From assembly GCF_965279675.1 (NCBI RefSeq), contig NZ_CBDIIJ010000002.1, positions 2,229,296 through 2,293,295 of the forward strand: DNA of 64,000 bases. Reading direction: 5' to 3'. Below are positions 20,295 to 29,455 of the stretch, piece by piece. A program made the translations under genes and the position numbers. This DNA comes from Mucisphaera sp. (GTDB taxonomy: Bacteria; Planctomycetota; Phycisphaerae; Phycisphaerales; Phycisphaeraceae). Position 1 is the stretch's first letter. Every line of letters begins with the position of its first letter. The notes beneath the pieces are model-generated. The model saw only the letters and a list, made by a program, of their open reading frames with translations, ran no database searches and was not told where the DNA came from.

Positions 20295-21683
20295 TCACCG
20301 CCGCCGCCGAAGCGCCGCAAAGGCCGCAGGCACTAGCACAGCCGCCGTCCCAGGCGTCGGCAGGGGGGTAGTCCCGTCATAACCAAAGTTTGTCGCCAGG
20401 ATCGACAGGTCAATCAGGTCCACCACGAAATCACCATTGAAATCACCGCTGCCCCACAGCCCGCCGTCCCCAAACGCACTCGCAAGCAGCGACAGATCGA
20501 TCAGATCCACGCTCCCGTCCAGATTCGCATCACCCCGGACCGTGTTGAAAACCTGCAGCAGCAGCGAATCAACGTCATCGTCATCCACATCGCCATCCAG
20601 ATCGATGTCCGTCAGCGAATCACCGAAACCAAAGCTGTTAAAAAGCTGCTCAATGTCTAACTCGTCCACATCATCATCGAAATCAAAATCGCCGAGCATC
20701 GCATAGACGAGGTCGTAGAAACCATTTGAATCGTGGTTGCCATCCAAAAAATCATCCGGGTAAGCACTCACACCCAGCGTGAAATTGCTGTCCAACGGGA
20801 TGAAGTCCACCACCGGCTCGCCGTAAGCACTGTCATCATCAAACGCCACCTGATTCCCAAAGGCATCGTAAGCCGCCATCACCGCATCAAACTCGCTGTA
20901 CTGAAGCGTCGCCCGATAAGGCACGCCCGGCACGGGCGTCTCGAAGTTGAAGAAGTCCGTATCTCCAAACAACCCCGCCGGAATAAACTCGCTTAACGCA
21001 TCAAACGGATCCGTCTGATCGAAAATCACATACATGTAGTAGTCACCGAACTGACCGTGACCCTCCAGCAGCCCATCGCCAATATCTACAAATCCATCGA
21101 ATGGCGTCGGGTCCCCATCCAGGCCATCCGGGTAACCACTCACCGCAATGTTGATCTCGCCCGACGCACTCACCTGCCCATAAATGGCAGAAGCCAGGCC
21201 ATCACCCAGCGGGCTGTCATCATCATCCGTATCGATCAGGAACGAACCCTCATACAGCCCAAGCGTCGTATCCGGCGCGCCGAAGCCATACCCGAAGCCC
21301 GTCCCCGCGATGTCGTCCTCATCTGCTGAAGAGGCCCCCGCCAATGAGAAGTAGCCGTAACCCGACCCGCTCGATCCAAACGGATCGTTGTCGATGATCA
21401 CCACAAAGTCACGGAAAGGCGTCAACCCGCCATAGCTCCAGAAATCAAACGTATCCCCATCCAGGAAGCTCGACTCGTAGAAGTCATCCACCCCGAACAT
21501 CTCCGGCTCGACGAAAAACCCGCCATTGCCAAGCTGGCCGGAAACAAACCGATCCTCCACGAACTCCGACTCGAAAAACGAGTCATTCGGCTCAAAGTCC
21601 TGACCCAATGCCGCCCCGGCCAGGCCGAGAGACAGCGAAGCAGACAGCAGACAACGCGTGGCAACACCGGTGCGTAGCGACAT
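20295..21683 (-). CDS. secreted acidic protein with PPC (pre-peptidase C-terminal)-like domains, dockerin-like repeats and a PEP-CTERM-type anchor
   Basis: ATG at 21681-21683 gives the signal peptide MSLRTGVATRCLLSASLSLGLAGAALGQ. EPNDS motif plus D.DFW and FDDDS blocks (PPC-like, twice). Two GD.N.DG.VDLIDLS.LA..FG repeats. C-terminal PTPGTAAVLVPAAFAALRRRR (TM helix plus basic tail). Confidence 0.8.
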   Translation of the reverse strand: MSLRTGVATRCLLSASLSLGLAGAALGQDFEPNDSFFESEFVEDRFVSGQLGNGGFFVEPEMFGVDDFYESSFLDGDTFDFWSYGGLTPFRDFVVIIDNDPFGSSGSGYGYFSLAGASSADEDDIAGTGFGYGFGAPDTTLGLYEGSFLIDTDDDDSPLGDGLASAIYGQVSASGEINIAVSGYPDGLDGDPTPFDGFVDIGDGLLEGHGQFGDYYMYVIFDQTDPFDALSEFIPAGLFGDTDFFNFETPVPGVPYRATLQYSEFDAVMAAYDAFGNQVAFDDDSAYGEPVVDFIPLDSNFTLGVSAYPDDFLDGNHDSNGFYDLVYAMLGDFDFDDDVDELDIEQLFNSFGFGDSLTDIDLDGDVDDDDVDSLLLQVFNTVRGDANLDGSVDLIDLSLLASAFGDGGLWGSGDFNGDFVVDLIDLSILATNFGYDGTTPLPTPGTAAVLVPAAFAALRRRR

Positions 21684-21739
21684 AACTCTTCTCCAGTTCG
21701 TGAGCGCAAGTACAGAGGGGCAAGCCTTACCGAATGTAA

Positions 21740-21767
21740 AGATTACCACGTCTCCAACGACCGGCAA
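21740..21767 (-). promoter_or_regulatory. candidate sigma70-type promoter for the 20295..21683 gene
   Basis: On the - strand: TTGCCG, 16-nt spacer, TAATCT, about 55 nt upstream of the ATG. Sequence match only. Confidence 0.25.
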
Positions 21768-21793
21768 GAAAAACCACCCCCGGATCGACCCGC

Positions 21794-22447
21794 TCAGGAA
21801 GATTCCGCCGCAGCCTTCTCCTTGTCGTAAGCCTCTATCTCCTCACGAGATACCTGAAGCCACTCCAGCATGTGCTGCTCATACAGGTCCTGATGGGCCA
21901 CGTTCCCGAAGTCCAGCCGCAGCTCATTGATCACCTTCGTCCCCTGCCCGATCCACTCATTCCAGGTCACCTGACCAAAGTGGTCGTAGATGAACCGCCC
22001 GATCGGACCACGCATAGGCGGGTCCGCCAGCCGCGGCTGACCCTGACCCGTCCGCCGATCCAGGACCATCTTCCCGGACGCCTCCACCTCCGCCTTCTTC
22101 GCGCCCGCATCCTTCACATCAGGAATCTCCGCCCCGATCTGCTCCAGCAGCGACCCCATCGCACGCTGCGGCATCACATCCCCACGCTCCGCCGAGATCT
22201 TGTAACCCTTGGTCAGAGTCGTTTTTGCCTCATCCTTCTGATCCAGCTTGATTTGCACATGCCCCAACTGCTGATAAGCCCGCGACATCCCCGAGTTCAG
22301 ATCAATCGCCTTCTGAAACGCCCCGGCCGCATCCGCCCACCGCTCCGCCTCTTTGTAAGCGTTGCCGAGACTCAGAAAAGCCATGTCGTCCGGGGCTTCC
22401 GCCGCCATCCGTTCCCACTGCGCGATACGTTCGTCAAGGTTGCTCAT
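21794..22447 (-). CDS. TPR-repeat protein fused to a YggX-like Fe(II)-trafficking / oxidative-damage protection domain
   Basis: The N-terminal ~100 aa have TPR-like helices (LSLGNAYKEAERWADAAGAFQKAIDLN...AYQQLGHVQIKL). The C-terminal ~80 aa align by eye with E. coli YggX: P.RGPIGRFIYDHFGQVTWNEWIGQGTKVINELRL....LYEQHMLEWL against [33 protein letters not shown]....LLEQEMVNFL. Confidence 0.75.
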   Translation of the reverse strand: MSNLDERIAQWERMAAEAPDDMAFLSLGNAYKEAERWADAAGAFQKAIDLNSGMSRAYQQLGHVQIKLDQKDEAKTTLTKGYKISAERGDVMPQRAMGSLLEQIGAEIPDVKDAGAKKAEVEASGKMVLDRRTGQGQPRLADPPMRGPIGRFIYDHFGQVTWNEWIGQGTKVINELRLDFGNVAHQDLYEQHMLEWLQVSREEIEAYDKEKAAAESS

Positions 22448-22537
22448 GCCCCTAGCATAGCGCCTCGATCCCAGCCCCGCACCCCACCTTCATCTCTAAG
22501 GCTTGCAACACGCACGCGCTACCGTCACGATGCCGGC

Positions 22538-25357
22538 ATGCCCCCTCAACGACGCTTTCTGGGGACCGGACAACCCCTCCTCCACCTGGCCGTCCAGGCC
22601 CTGATCGATCTCTACCCACCCGCCGAAGCCGGCTGGCAGGCCTGGGACCTCTCCCACCTCACCGTCGTGATCCCCAGCCAGCGGGCCCGCCGACAACTCA
22701 TCCATCACCTCGCCGCCCACGCCGACGCCCAGAACCGCATCCTCCTCCCACCCGACACCCTCGCCCCCGACCAGTTCCTCGTCCGCATCACCCCACCCGA
22801 TGAAACCATCGCCACCCCACGGCAGAGCCTCGCCCTCCGCGAAGTCGCTCTCCGCCAAACCGACCCGAAACGCCTCCAACCCCTCCTACCTCAGCAGGCA
22901 GATCACCAGCCCCACCTCGCCTCTCTCGCCCGCCGGCTCGCCCGCCTTAGCGAAGACCTCCTTCTCGAGAACCTCCCCCTCGAAGACCTGCCCGATCGAC
23001 TCGCCCATGCCAACATCGATCCACCCGCGGCCGACCGCTACACCATGATCGCCGAGCTGGAAACCAACTACCTCCGACAACTCGCCCAATACCAACTCAA
23101 CGACCGCTGGCGCGCCTGCCGACAAACCATCCAGCAGGGCCCACCCACCCTCAGCACCCACGTCCTGCTCCTCGGCCTCACCGACCTCCGCCCCCTCTTC
23201 GCTCAGTACCTCCACGCCTCGCCCGACCCCGTCACCGCCCTTGTCGCCGCAGACCCCGCCGACCGCAGTCACTTCGGCCCCATGGGTGAAGCCCTCCACG
23301 AAGCCTGGGCCAGCAAGCCCCTGCCCATCACCGAAGACAGCCTCATCTGGGTCGAAGACGAGCACGAGCAAAACCTCGCCGTCGCCGAAGCGCTCGCCGA
23401 CCACCAACCACTCAGCCCCGGCAGCGCCGCCATCGTCACGACCAAAGCCGCTCTCAACGAACCCATCCGCGCCGCCATCTCGCTCGCCGAGGTCGATGCC
23501 GCCATCATCGAGTCCCGCCCACTCAGCCAGTCAGCGCCCGCCTTATGCCTCCAACTGCTGGCCAGCTTCCACACCAGTTCCACCTACGACGACCTTGCCG
23601 CCCTCATCCGCCACTCCGATATCGACAGCCACCTCCGCCGCAGCCTCAACCCCAATAGCACCGCCGCCATCGAAAACTGGGTCACCCTGCTCGACGACTA
23701 CGCCTCCCGCTACCTCGCCGCCGTCGTCTCCGACCAATGGCTCGGTAAAAAAGCCCCCGCCCTTAGCCAGGTCTATGCGGCCATCAAGTCACTCCTCCCG
23801 CAAGACACATCATCCAGACCCCTCAACGCATGGACCGAATCCCTCCGCAGCGTCCTCCAGAAGATCTACGCCCAGGCACCCGCCACCCCCGGCGATCCCG
23901 ACAACCGGCAACGAGCCCTCCAGGCCTTCCTCCAGGAAATCGACGACCTCGACCACCTCCAGGCCATCAAGGACCATCTCCCCGATATCACCTTTGCACA
24001 GGCCGTCGATCAGCTGCTCAACCCACCTTCACCCAGAGTCATCCCGATCCCCGCAGACGATAGCAAACTCCCGATCCTTGGCGTCATCGAACTCGCCTTC
24101 GATACCTCACCCCAACTCATCGTCGCCGGCCTCAACGAAGGAGCCTTCCCGAGCCGACCCAAACCCGACGCGCTGCTCCCGCCATCCGTCCGTCAGCGCC
24201 TCGGCCTCAACGACGCCAAACGAAGAGAAGCCCGCGACCGCTGGGCACTCCACACCGCACTCACTTCACGACAGAACACCACACTCATCGCCGCCGCCCG
24301 CTCCGCCACCAACGACCCACTCCTGCCGAGCCTACCCCTCCTCGGACACAACCACGACACCCAGACCCGCCGGCTCCACCGCTTCCTCATCCAAAGAGAT
24401 CGACCGTCGCAACGGATCCAACTCGGCACGCCGGGCATGCGAAACAACTTCCGACTCGTCCCGCCATCCACACCCATCGCTCCACCTCTCAGGCTTTCCA
24501 TCACCGCCTTGAAGAGCTATCTCGCCTGCCCCTATCGCTTCTACCTCAGGCACGTCTTGAAACTAAACGTCGTCGAGGATGCCTTCGCCGAACTGGATGC
24601 AGCTAGCTTCGGCACCCTCCTCCACAACAGCCTGGCAAGGCTCAGCCAGGCACCCAAGCAGGCACGCGTCAACGCCGGTCAACTCACCGCCTACCTCATC
24701 GAAGGCCTCCACGAAGAAGCCCGCAGGACCCTGGGCGATCAGCCCAACGTACCCACCCGCGTCCAGCTCCGAACCGCCACCGAGCGCCTCCAGGCCTTCG
24801 CGCCACTGCAGATCCAACGCTGGAACGAAGGATGGGAGATCACCCACACCGAAGTCAAAACCAGCCAGGCGATCTCAATCGACCAGACCACTTTCACGCT
24901 CACCGGACGCATCGACCGCATCGATCAGCACCCCGATGGCCGCACACAGATCATCGATTACAAGTCCTTCGATAAACCCAAAAAACCCCGGCCCGAACAC
25001 CACACCAAGAAACGCGGATGGATCGACCTCCAACTCCCGCTCTACCTCGACCTCATCGCGCAGCCCGCCATCCAACTCAACCTACCGCACCGCCTGCTCG
25101 ACGCCGGCTACTGGGTCTTGCCCGCCAAGCCGGCCTCCCGCCTCGCTGATCACCTCTTGTTCTGCGGATGGACCGAGCAGGAACGCCAGGAAGCCAGAGA
25201 CACCCGCGATCACATCCTGAGCCAGATCAGCCAGTCGATCTACTGGCCTCCAGGCGATCCCGCCCACTTCCCCGACGGCTTCGAAGCCCTCTGCGCCGAC
25301 CTCGCACCCGACCGCGACGAACTGATCAACCATTCGGAGCCCAACCGCCATGGCTGA
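22538..25357 (+). CDS. addB: AddB-like helicase-nuclease subunit (PD-(D/E)XK nuclease, inactive helicase-like N-terminus)
   Basis: ATG at 22538 lies within the long ORF 21872..25357; the upstream part is antisense to the TPR-YggX gene. C-terminal nuclease motifs LKSYLACPYRFY, GRIDRID and QIIDYKS. No Walker A. The stop overlaps the addA start. Confidence 0.78.
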   Translation: MPPQRRFLGTGQPLLHLAVQALIDLYPPAEAGWQAWDLSHLTVVIPSQRARRQLIHHLAAHADAQNRILLPPDTLAPDQFLVRITPPDETIATPRQSLALREVALRQTDPKRLQPLLPQQADHQPHLASLARRLARLSEDLLLENLPLEDLPDRLAHANIDPPAADRYTMIAELETNYLRQLAQYQLNDRWRACRQTIQQGPPTLSTHVLLLGLTDLRPLFAQYLHASPDPVTALVAADPADRSHFGPMGEALHEAWASKPLPITEDSLIWVEDEHEQNLAVAEALADHQPLSPGSAAIVTTKAALNEPIRAAISLAEVDAAIIESRPLSQSAPALCLQLLASFHTSSTYDDLAALIRHSDIDSHLRRSLNPNSTAAIENWVTLLDDYASRYLAAVVSDQWLGKKAPALSQVYAAIKSLLPQDTSSRPLNAWTESLRSVLQKIYAQAPATPGDPDNRQRALQAFLQEIDDLDHLQAIKDHLPDITFAQAVDQLLNPPSPRVIPIPADDSKLPILGVIELAFDTSPQLIVAGLNEGAFPSRPKPDALLPPSVRQRLGLNDAKRREARDRWALHTALTSRQNTTLIAAARSATNDPLLPSLPLLGHNHDTQTRRLHRFLIQRDRPSQRIQLGTPGMRNNFRLVPPSTPIAPPLRLSITALKSYLACPYRFYLRHVLKLNVVEDAFAELDAASFGTLLHNSLARLSQAPKQARVNAGQLTAYLIEGLHEEARRTLGDQPNVPTRVQLRTATERLQAFAPLQIQRWNEGWEITHTEVKTSQAISIDQTTFTLTGRIDRIDQHPDGRTQIIDYKSFDKPKKPRPEHHTKKRGWIDLQLPLYLDLIAQPAIQLNLPHRLLDAGYWVLPAKPASRLADHLLFCGWTEQERQEARDTRDHILSQISQSIYWPPGDPAHFPDGFEALCADLAPDRDELINHSEPNRHG

Positions 25358-28300
25358 GCTCGAGCCCAACAACAGCTCCATGCTCGATCACCGCCTCATC
25401 CGCGCCTCCGCCGGCTCCGGGAAAACCTTCCAACTCGCCTGCCGATACCTCACCCTGCTCCACGCCGGCGCCAAACCCCAGGAGATTCTCGCCACCACCT
25501 TCACCCGAGCCGCAGCCGGCGAGATCCGCGACCGCATCCTCCGCTGGCTCGTCGAAGCCACCCTCAACCCCGAAAAACTCAACCAACTCCGCGCCGAGAC
25601 CGCACTGCCACTCACCCAGACACGCACCCGCGAACTCTTCGACCAACTCCTGCCCGCTCTCCCACATCTGCCCATCGGCACCATCGACAGCACCTTCCAC
25701 CGCATCGCCAGCGCCTTCAGCGACGAACTCGGTATCCCCGACGAACCGCTGCTCATCGACGATCGCTCCGCCCTCGCCGAAGACCTGCGACTCCGATCCG
25801 TCGAACGACTCCTCGCCCGAAGCGCCGCCGACAACGATTTCGAAACCCTCATCGCTTGGCTCCGCCAACTCGGCGCGGGCGACGCCACCCGCTCCGTCAT
25901 CGAAGCCATCGAAAGACTCGTCAAAGACCTCACACCCACCTGGACCGAAGCCCCCAACCCCGATCTCTGGCACTTCCCAATCGAGGGCAAGAAGCTCACC
26001 GAGACACAGCGCAGCCAGTTCATCGACCAACTCGCGAGCCTCGAAGAGGACCTACCAAAGAAGAAGAACAGCGAAGACCCCGATAAGAGATTTTGCAACG
26101 CCTGGCTGGCAACCCTTGACGACCTCCGCACCAACAACTGGGAAGCCTTCCTCACCAGAGGCCTGGCCCCGAAAGCCTGGGCACAGGAGCTTTATCAGGG
26201 AAAGCACATCCCGCCTTCATTCCAACAGTCACTCGCCCCACTCATCGACCATGCCCGTGCCCTCATCAGCCACGAAACCAGTCTGCGAACCAAAGCCACC
26301 GCCCACTTCCTTCAGGCCTTCGACCACGCCTGGCAGGAAATCGCCGACGAGCGGCAGGCCATACGCTATAGCGACCTCACCACCCTCCTCGCTCAGACCA
26401 TCGATAGCAACCAGGCCGACTGGCTTGACGATCTCTACTTCCGACTCGATGCCAGCGTCCAGCACCTGCTCCTCGACGAGTTCCAGGACACCAGCCGCCA
26501 GCAATGGGCCGTACTCCAGCCGCTCATCGATGAACTACTCGCCCACGGACACACGACCCACTCCGGCCGCTCCCTCTTCTGTGTCGGCGACACCAAGCAA
26601 GCCATCTACGGCTGGCGAGGCGGCGACGTCCGACTCTTCGATAACGTCGCCGACAAGCTGCAGGCACTCGACATCAACGAGGAGGTCTTCAGCACCATCT
26701 ACCGCTGTGCCCAACCCGTCCTCGACCTCGTCAACAACGTCTATAACAACCTCACACTAGCAGACATCTTCGACACCACCGAAGAACGAGCCGCCGCAAA
26801 TCACTGGCAGGACCTGTTCCCGAATCACCAGGCCGCCAACCCCGACCAGCCCGGCCACGCGCTCATCATGCGCACAGCCCCACCGCTGGCAGAAGAACCC
26901 GACACCCCCGCACCCCCCGACACCGAAGACGACGACACCCAGACCACACCCGCCCAGACCGCCCACCTCCGCGCCGTCGCCGAACACACCGCCAGCCTCC
27001 ACAAGCAGCTCACCGGCCGCTCCATCGCCATCCTCGTCGCGCGCAACCAGATCGTCGCCGACCTACTCCTCGAACTCCGCGCCCTCGGCATCGAGGCCTC
27101 AGGAGAAGGCGGGGTCCCCATCCACGGCGATCCCGCCGTCGAAGCCGTCCTCGCCGCTCTCACCCTGATCGATCACCCCGCAGACGAAGCCGCCCACCTC
27201 TACGTCACCAACAGCCCGCTCGGTCAGGAACTCCGAGTACCCAGCGACATCGACCGCTGCCCCGGCTGGGCCGCACGCCAACGCCAACACCTTCTCACCC
27301 GAGGATTCGGCCGCACCGTCGCCGACTGGACCCACCCCCTCCAGCCCCACTGCGACCCCAAACGCTGGCACCGACTCAGGCAACTCCAGACCCTCGCCCA
27401 TCAGTACGATCTCCAGCAGCACGCCGAACCTGATCCACCCGCGCTCCGTCCCACACGCTTCGTCAACTACATCCGCACCACGCGCATCGAAGACCCCAGC
27501 AGCGCTCCCATCCGCGTGATGACCGTCCACGCAGCCAAAGGCCTCGAGTTCGACACTGTCATCCTCCCCGACCTCCTCCAGGTCTGGAAGTCACGCAGCA
27601 ACCTCATCATCACCCGAGATCCCCAAACCGGCACCCCGATACAAATCGCTAAACAACCCGACGCTAGGCTCCTCGACTACTTCCCCGCAGCAGCCCAGCA
27701 AGCCAGGCAGACTCAGGCAGAAGACCTCGCCGAACGCTTCTCCAGCCTTTATGTCGCCATGACCCGCGCCCGCCACGCTCTCCACATCCTCCTGCAACCA
27801 CTCGCGACCACCAGGTCCGGAACCAGCTCCGTCGGCTCTACCAACAAAACCCACGCCGCCCTCATCCGCCAAACCCTCGCTCTGCCCCTGCAGGCCAGGG
27901 AAGAAGCCGACCTCACCACACTCACCGAGACCGGAAACCCCAACTGGACCAGTCAGCTGTCAAAGCCCGATCCGCAACCCGTACGACCCACGCCATCACC
28001 ACTGACCATCTCACAAACCAACACGCCACAACCAAAACCCAGGCCGCAACCCACAACACAGACCCTCGCCGACTGCTTCGACACGCAGGATCAGCGACAA
28101 GCCAAAGCCCGCGGGCTCGCCGTCCACAACCTCCTCGAACACACCGCCTTCATCGACGAAGCACCACCCCCCTGGCTGACCAGCGACAGCTCTGCCCGCG
28201 CCCTCTTAATCGAAGCCGGCGTCGTGACAGCCAGCAACAACCACCTCAGCCAATACCTCGACGAAGCAAGAGCCATTCTCCAGCAACCCGAGATCCAGGA

Positions 28301-28637
28301 GGCCCTCAGCCGCAGAGGAGCCGCCAGCCTCCACACCGAGCTGCCCTTCACACAAATCGACGAAGACCAAACCTCAGTCACAGGCCGCATCGACCGACTT
28401 GTGGTCTGGACCAACAACGAGCAACCCACCCACGCCGAGATCATCGACTACAAAACCGACCGGATCGCCAACACCCCCGAAGACACCGCCGCCACCATCG
28501 AAAGACACCGCCAGCAGATCAACCACTACCGCCAGGCCGCCGCCCGAATGCTCAACCTCCCCATCAACAAGATCCACGGCCGCCTCGTCATGACCCACAC
28601 CGCCACCATTATCGATCTACCACCAGAAGCCATTTGA
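25350..28637 (+). CDS. addA: AddA-like UvrD/Rep-family helicase with C-terminal PD-(D/E)XK nuclease
   Basis: Walker A ASAGSGKTF, motif II LLDEFQDTS, VGDTKQAIYGWRGG, VMTVHAAKGLEFD, YVAMTRAR and C-terminal GRIDRLV...EIIDYKTD. ATGGCTGA overlap with addB. Confidence 0.88.
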   Translation: MAELEPNNSSMLDHRLIRASAGSGKTFQLACRYLTLLHAGAKPQEILATTFTRAAAGEIRDRILRWLVEATLNPEKLNQLRAETALPLTQTRTRELFDQLLPALPHLPIGTIDSTFHRIASAFSDELGIPDEPLLIDDRSALAEDLRLRSVERLLARSAADNDFETLIAWLRQLGAGDATRSVIEAIERLVKDLTPTWTEAPNPDLWHFPIEGKKLTETQRSQFIDQLASLEEDLPKKKNSEDPDKRFCNAWLATLDDLRTNNWEAFLTRGLAPKAWAQELYQGKHIPPSFQQSLAPLIDHARALISHETSLRTKATAHFLQAFDHAWQEIADERQAIRYSDLTTLLAQTIDSNQADWLDDLYFRLDASVQHLLLDEFQDTSRQQWAVLQPLIDELLAHGHTTHSGRSLFCVGDTKQAIYGWRGGDVRLFDNVADKLQALDINEEVFSTIYRCAQPVLDLVNNVYNNLTLADIFDTTEERAAANHWQDLFPNHQAANPDQPGHALIMRTAPPLAEEPDTPAPPDTEDDDTQTTPAQTAHLRAVAEHTASLHKQLTGRSIAILVARNQIVADLLLELRALGIEASGEGGVPIHGDPAVEAVLAALTLIDHPADEAAHLYVTNSPLGQELRVPSDIDRCPGWAARQRQHLLTRGFGRTVADWTHPLQPHCDPKRWHRLRQLQTLAHQYDLQQHAEPDPPALRPTRFVNYIRTTRIEDPSSAPIRVMTVHAAKGLEFDTVILPDLLQVWKSRSNLIITRDPQTGTPIQIAKQPDARLLDYFPAAAQQARQTQAEDLAERFSSLYVAMTRARHALHILLQPLATTRSGTSSVGSTNKTHAALIRQTLALPLQAREEADLTTLTETGNPNWTSQLSKPDPQPVRPTPSPLTISQTNTPQPKPRPQPTTQTLADCFDTQDQRQAKARGLAVHNLLEHTAFIDEAPPPWLTSDSSARALLIEAGVVTASNNHLSQYLDEARAILQQPEIQEALSRRGAASLHTELPFTQIDEDQTSVTGRIDRLVVWTNNEQPTHAEIIDYKTDRIANTPEDTAATIERHRQQINHYRQAAARMLNLPINKIHGRLVMTHTATIIDLPPEAI

Positions 28638-28700
28638 ACCCACTGCAACAAACACAGTGATACGGGTCGCAGAGATGAGACCGAGACGAAGTAGGGGGGG

Positions 28701-29384
28701 TTAAGCGCTCTGGTCGCGGCGTTCCTGAATCTTCCGATGCCGAACGATGTCTCCCTCCGCCATGTAGATGACATCCTTCGCCACGTTCACCGCGTGGTCC
28801 GCCATCCGCTCAAGCTGACGCGACACATTGATCAGGTGGATCATCTGCTCGATCTGCTCCGGATTCTCCCGCATCGTCTCCGTGATCCGGTCGTACATCC
28901 CCCGATGAATCCCATCCACCACGTCATCCAGCGACCGAACCTCTCGCGCCAGCGCCGGGTCCAGATTCACCAGCGCATCCAGACTCTTCTTCAGCATCTC
29001 CTGAACCAGCCCGCTCATCCGCCCCAGATCAAACGGCATCTGGTCCACCATGCTGCACGAAGCCAGGAACCGCGCCTGCTGCGCGACGTTCACCGCGAGA
29101 TCCCCGATCCGCTCCAGGTCGTTGTTGATCTTCAGAACCGCCACCACAAACCGCAGATCAAATGCCACCGGCTGGTGTAGCGCCAGCGTGTGCAGGCACT
29201 CCTCCTCCACGTCGAGTTCCAGTTCATCAATCGACGCATCCCCCGCGATCACCTCGTCCGCCAGACCCACATCACGCGTCTGGATCGCCACGATCGCCTT
29301 GTCCACACCCTCCTCTACCAGAGTGCCCAGCGACAGCAGCGAACGCTTCAGCTTGTCCAGTTGTCGTTGCAGGTGAGTAGCCAT
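28701..29384 (-). CDS. phoU: phosphate signalling complex protein PhoU
   Basis: 227 aa with the two PhoU repeats (E..ID..E, DLERIGD and QLERMADHAVN motifs). Confidence 0.92.
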   Translation of the reverse strand: MATHLQRQLDKLKRSLLSLGTLVEEGVDKAIVAIQTRDVGLADEVIAGDASIDELELDVEEECLHTLALHQPVAFDLRFVVAVLKINNDLERIGDLAVNVAQQARFLASCSMVDQMPFDLGRMSGLVQEMLKKSLDALVNLDPALAREVRSLDDVVDGIHRGMYDRITETMRENPEQIEQMIHLINVSRQLERMADHAVNVAKDVIYMAEGDIVRHRKIQERRDQSA

Positions 29385-29455
29385 TATCGTCTCCAGACGG
29401 GGTCCCGCGGCACCTCCCTGTGCCGCTTACTCTTTGACCATAGCCGTTTTACGCG

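Noticed and set aside
20295-20534. Dockerin repeats as evidence for a cellulosome-like system
   Set aside because: No cohesin or scaffoldin genes or glycoside hydrolase partners are present in the window. In PEP-CTERM proteins such Ca-binding repeats are common and need not imply cohesin binding.
21872-22537. 222-codon N-terminal extension of the addB ORF
   Set aside because: It lies antisense to the TPR-YggX gene and is His/Arg/Pro/Leu-rich. The first plausible start is the ATG at 22538 in the divergent spacer.
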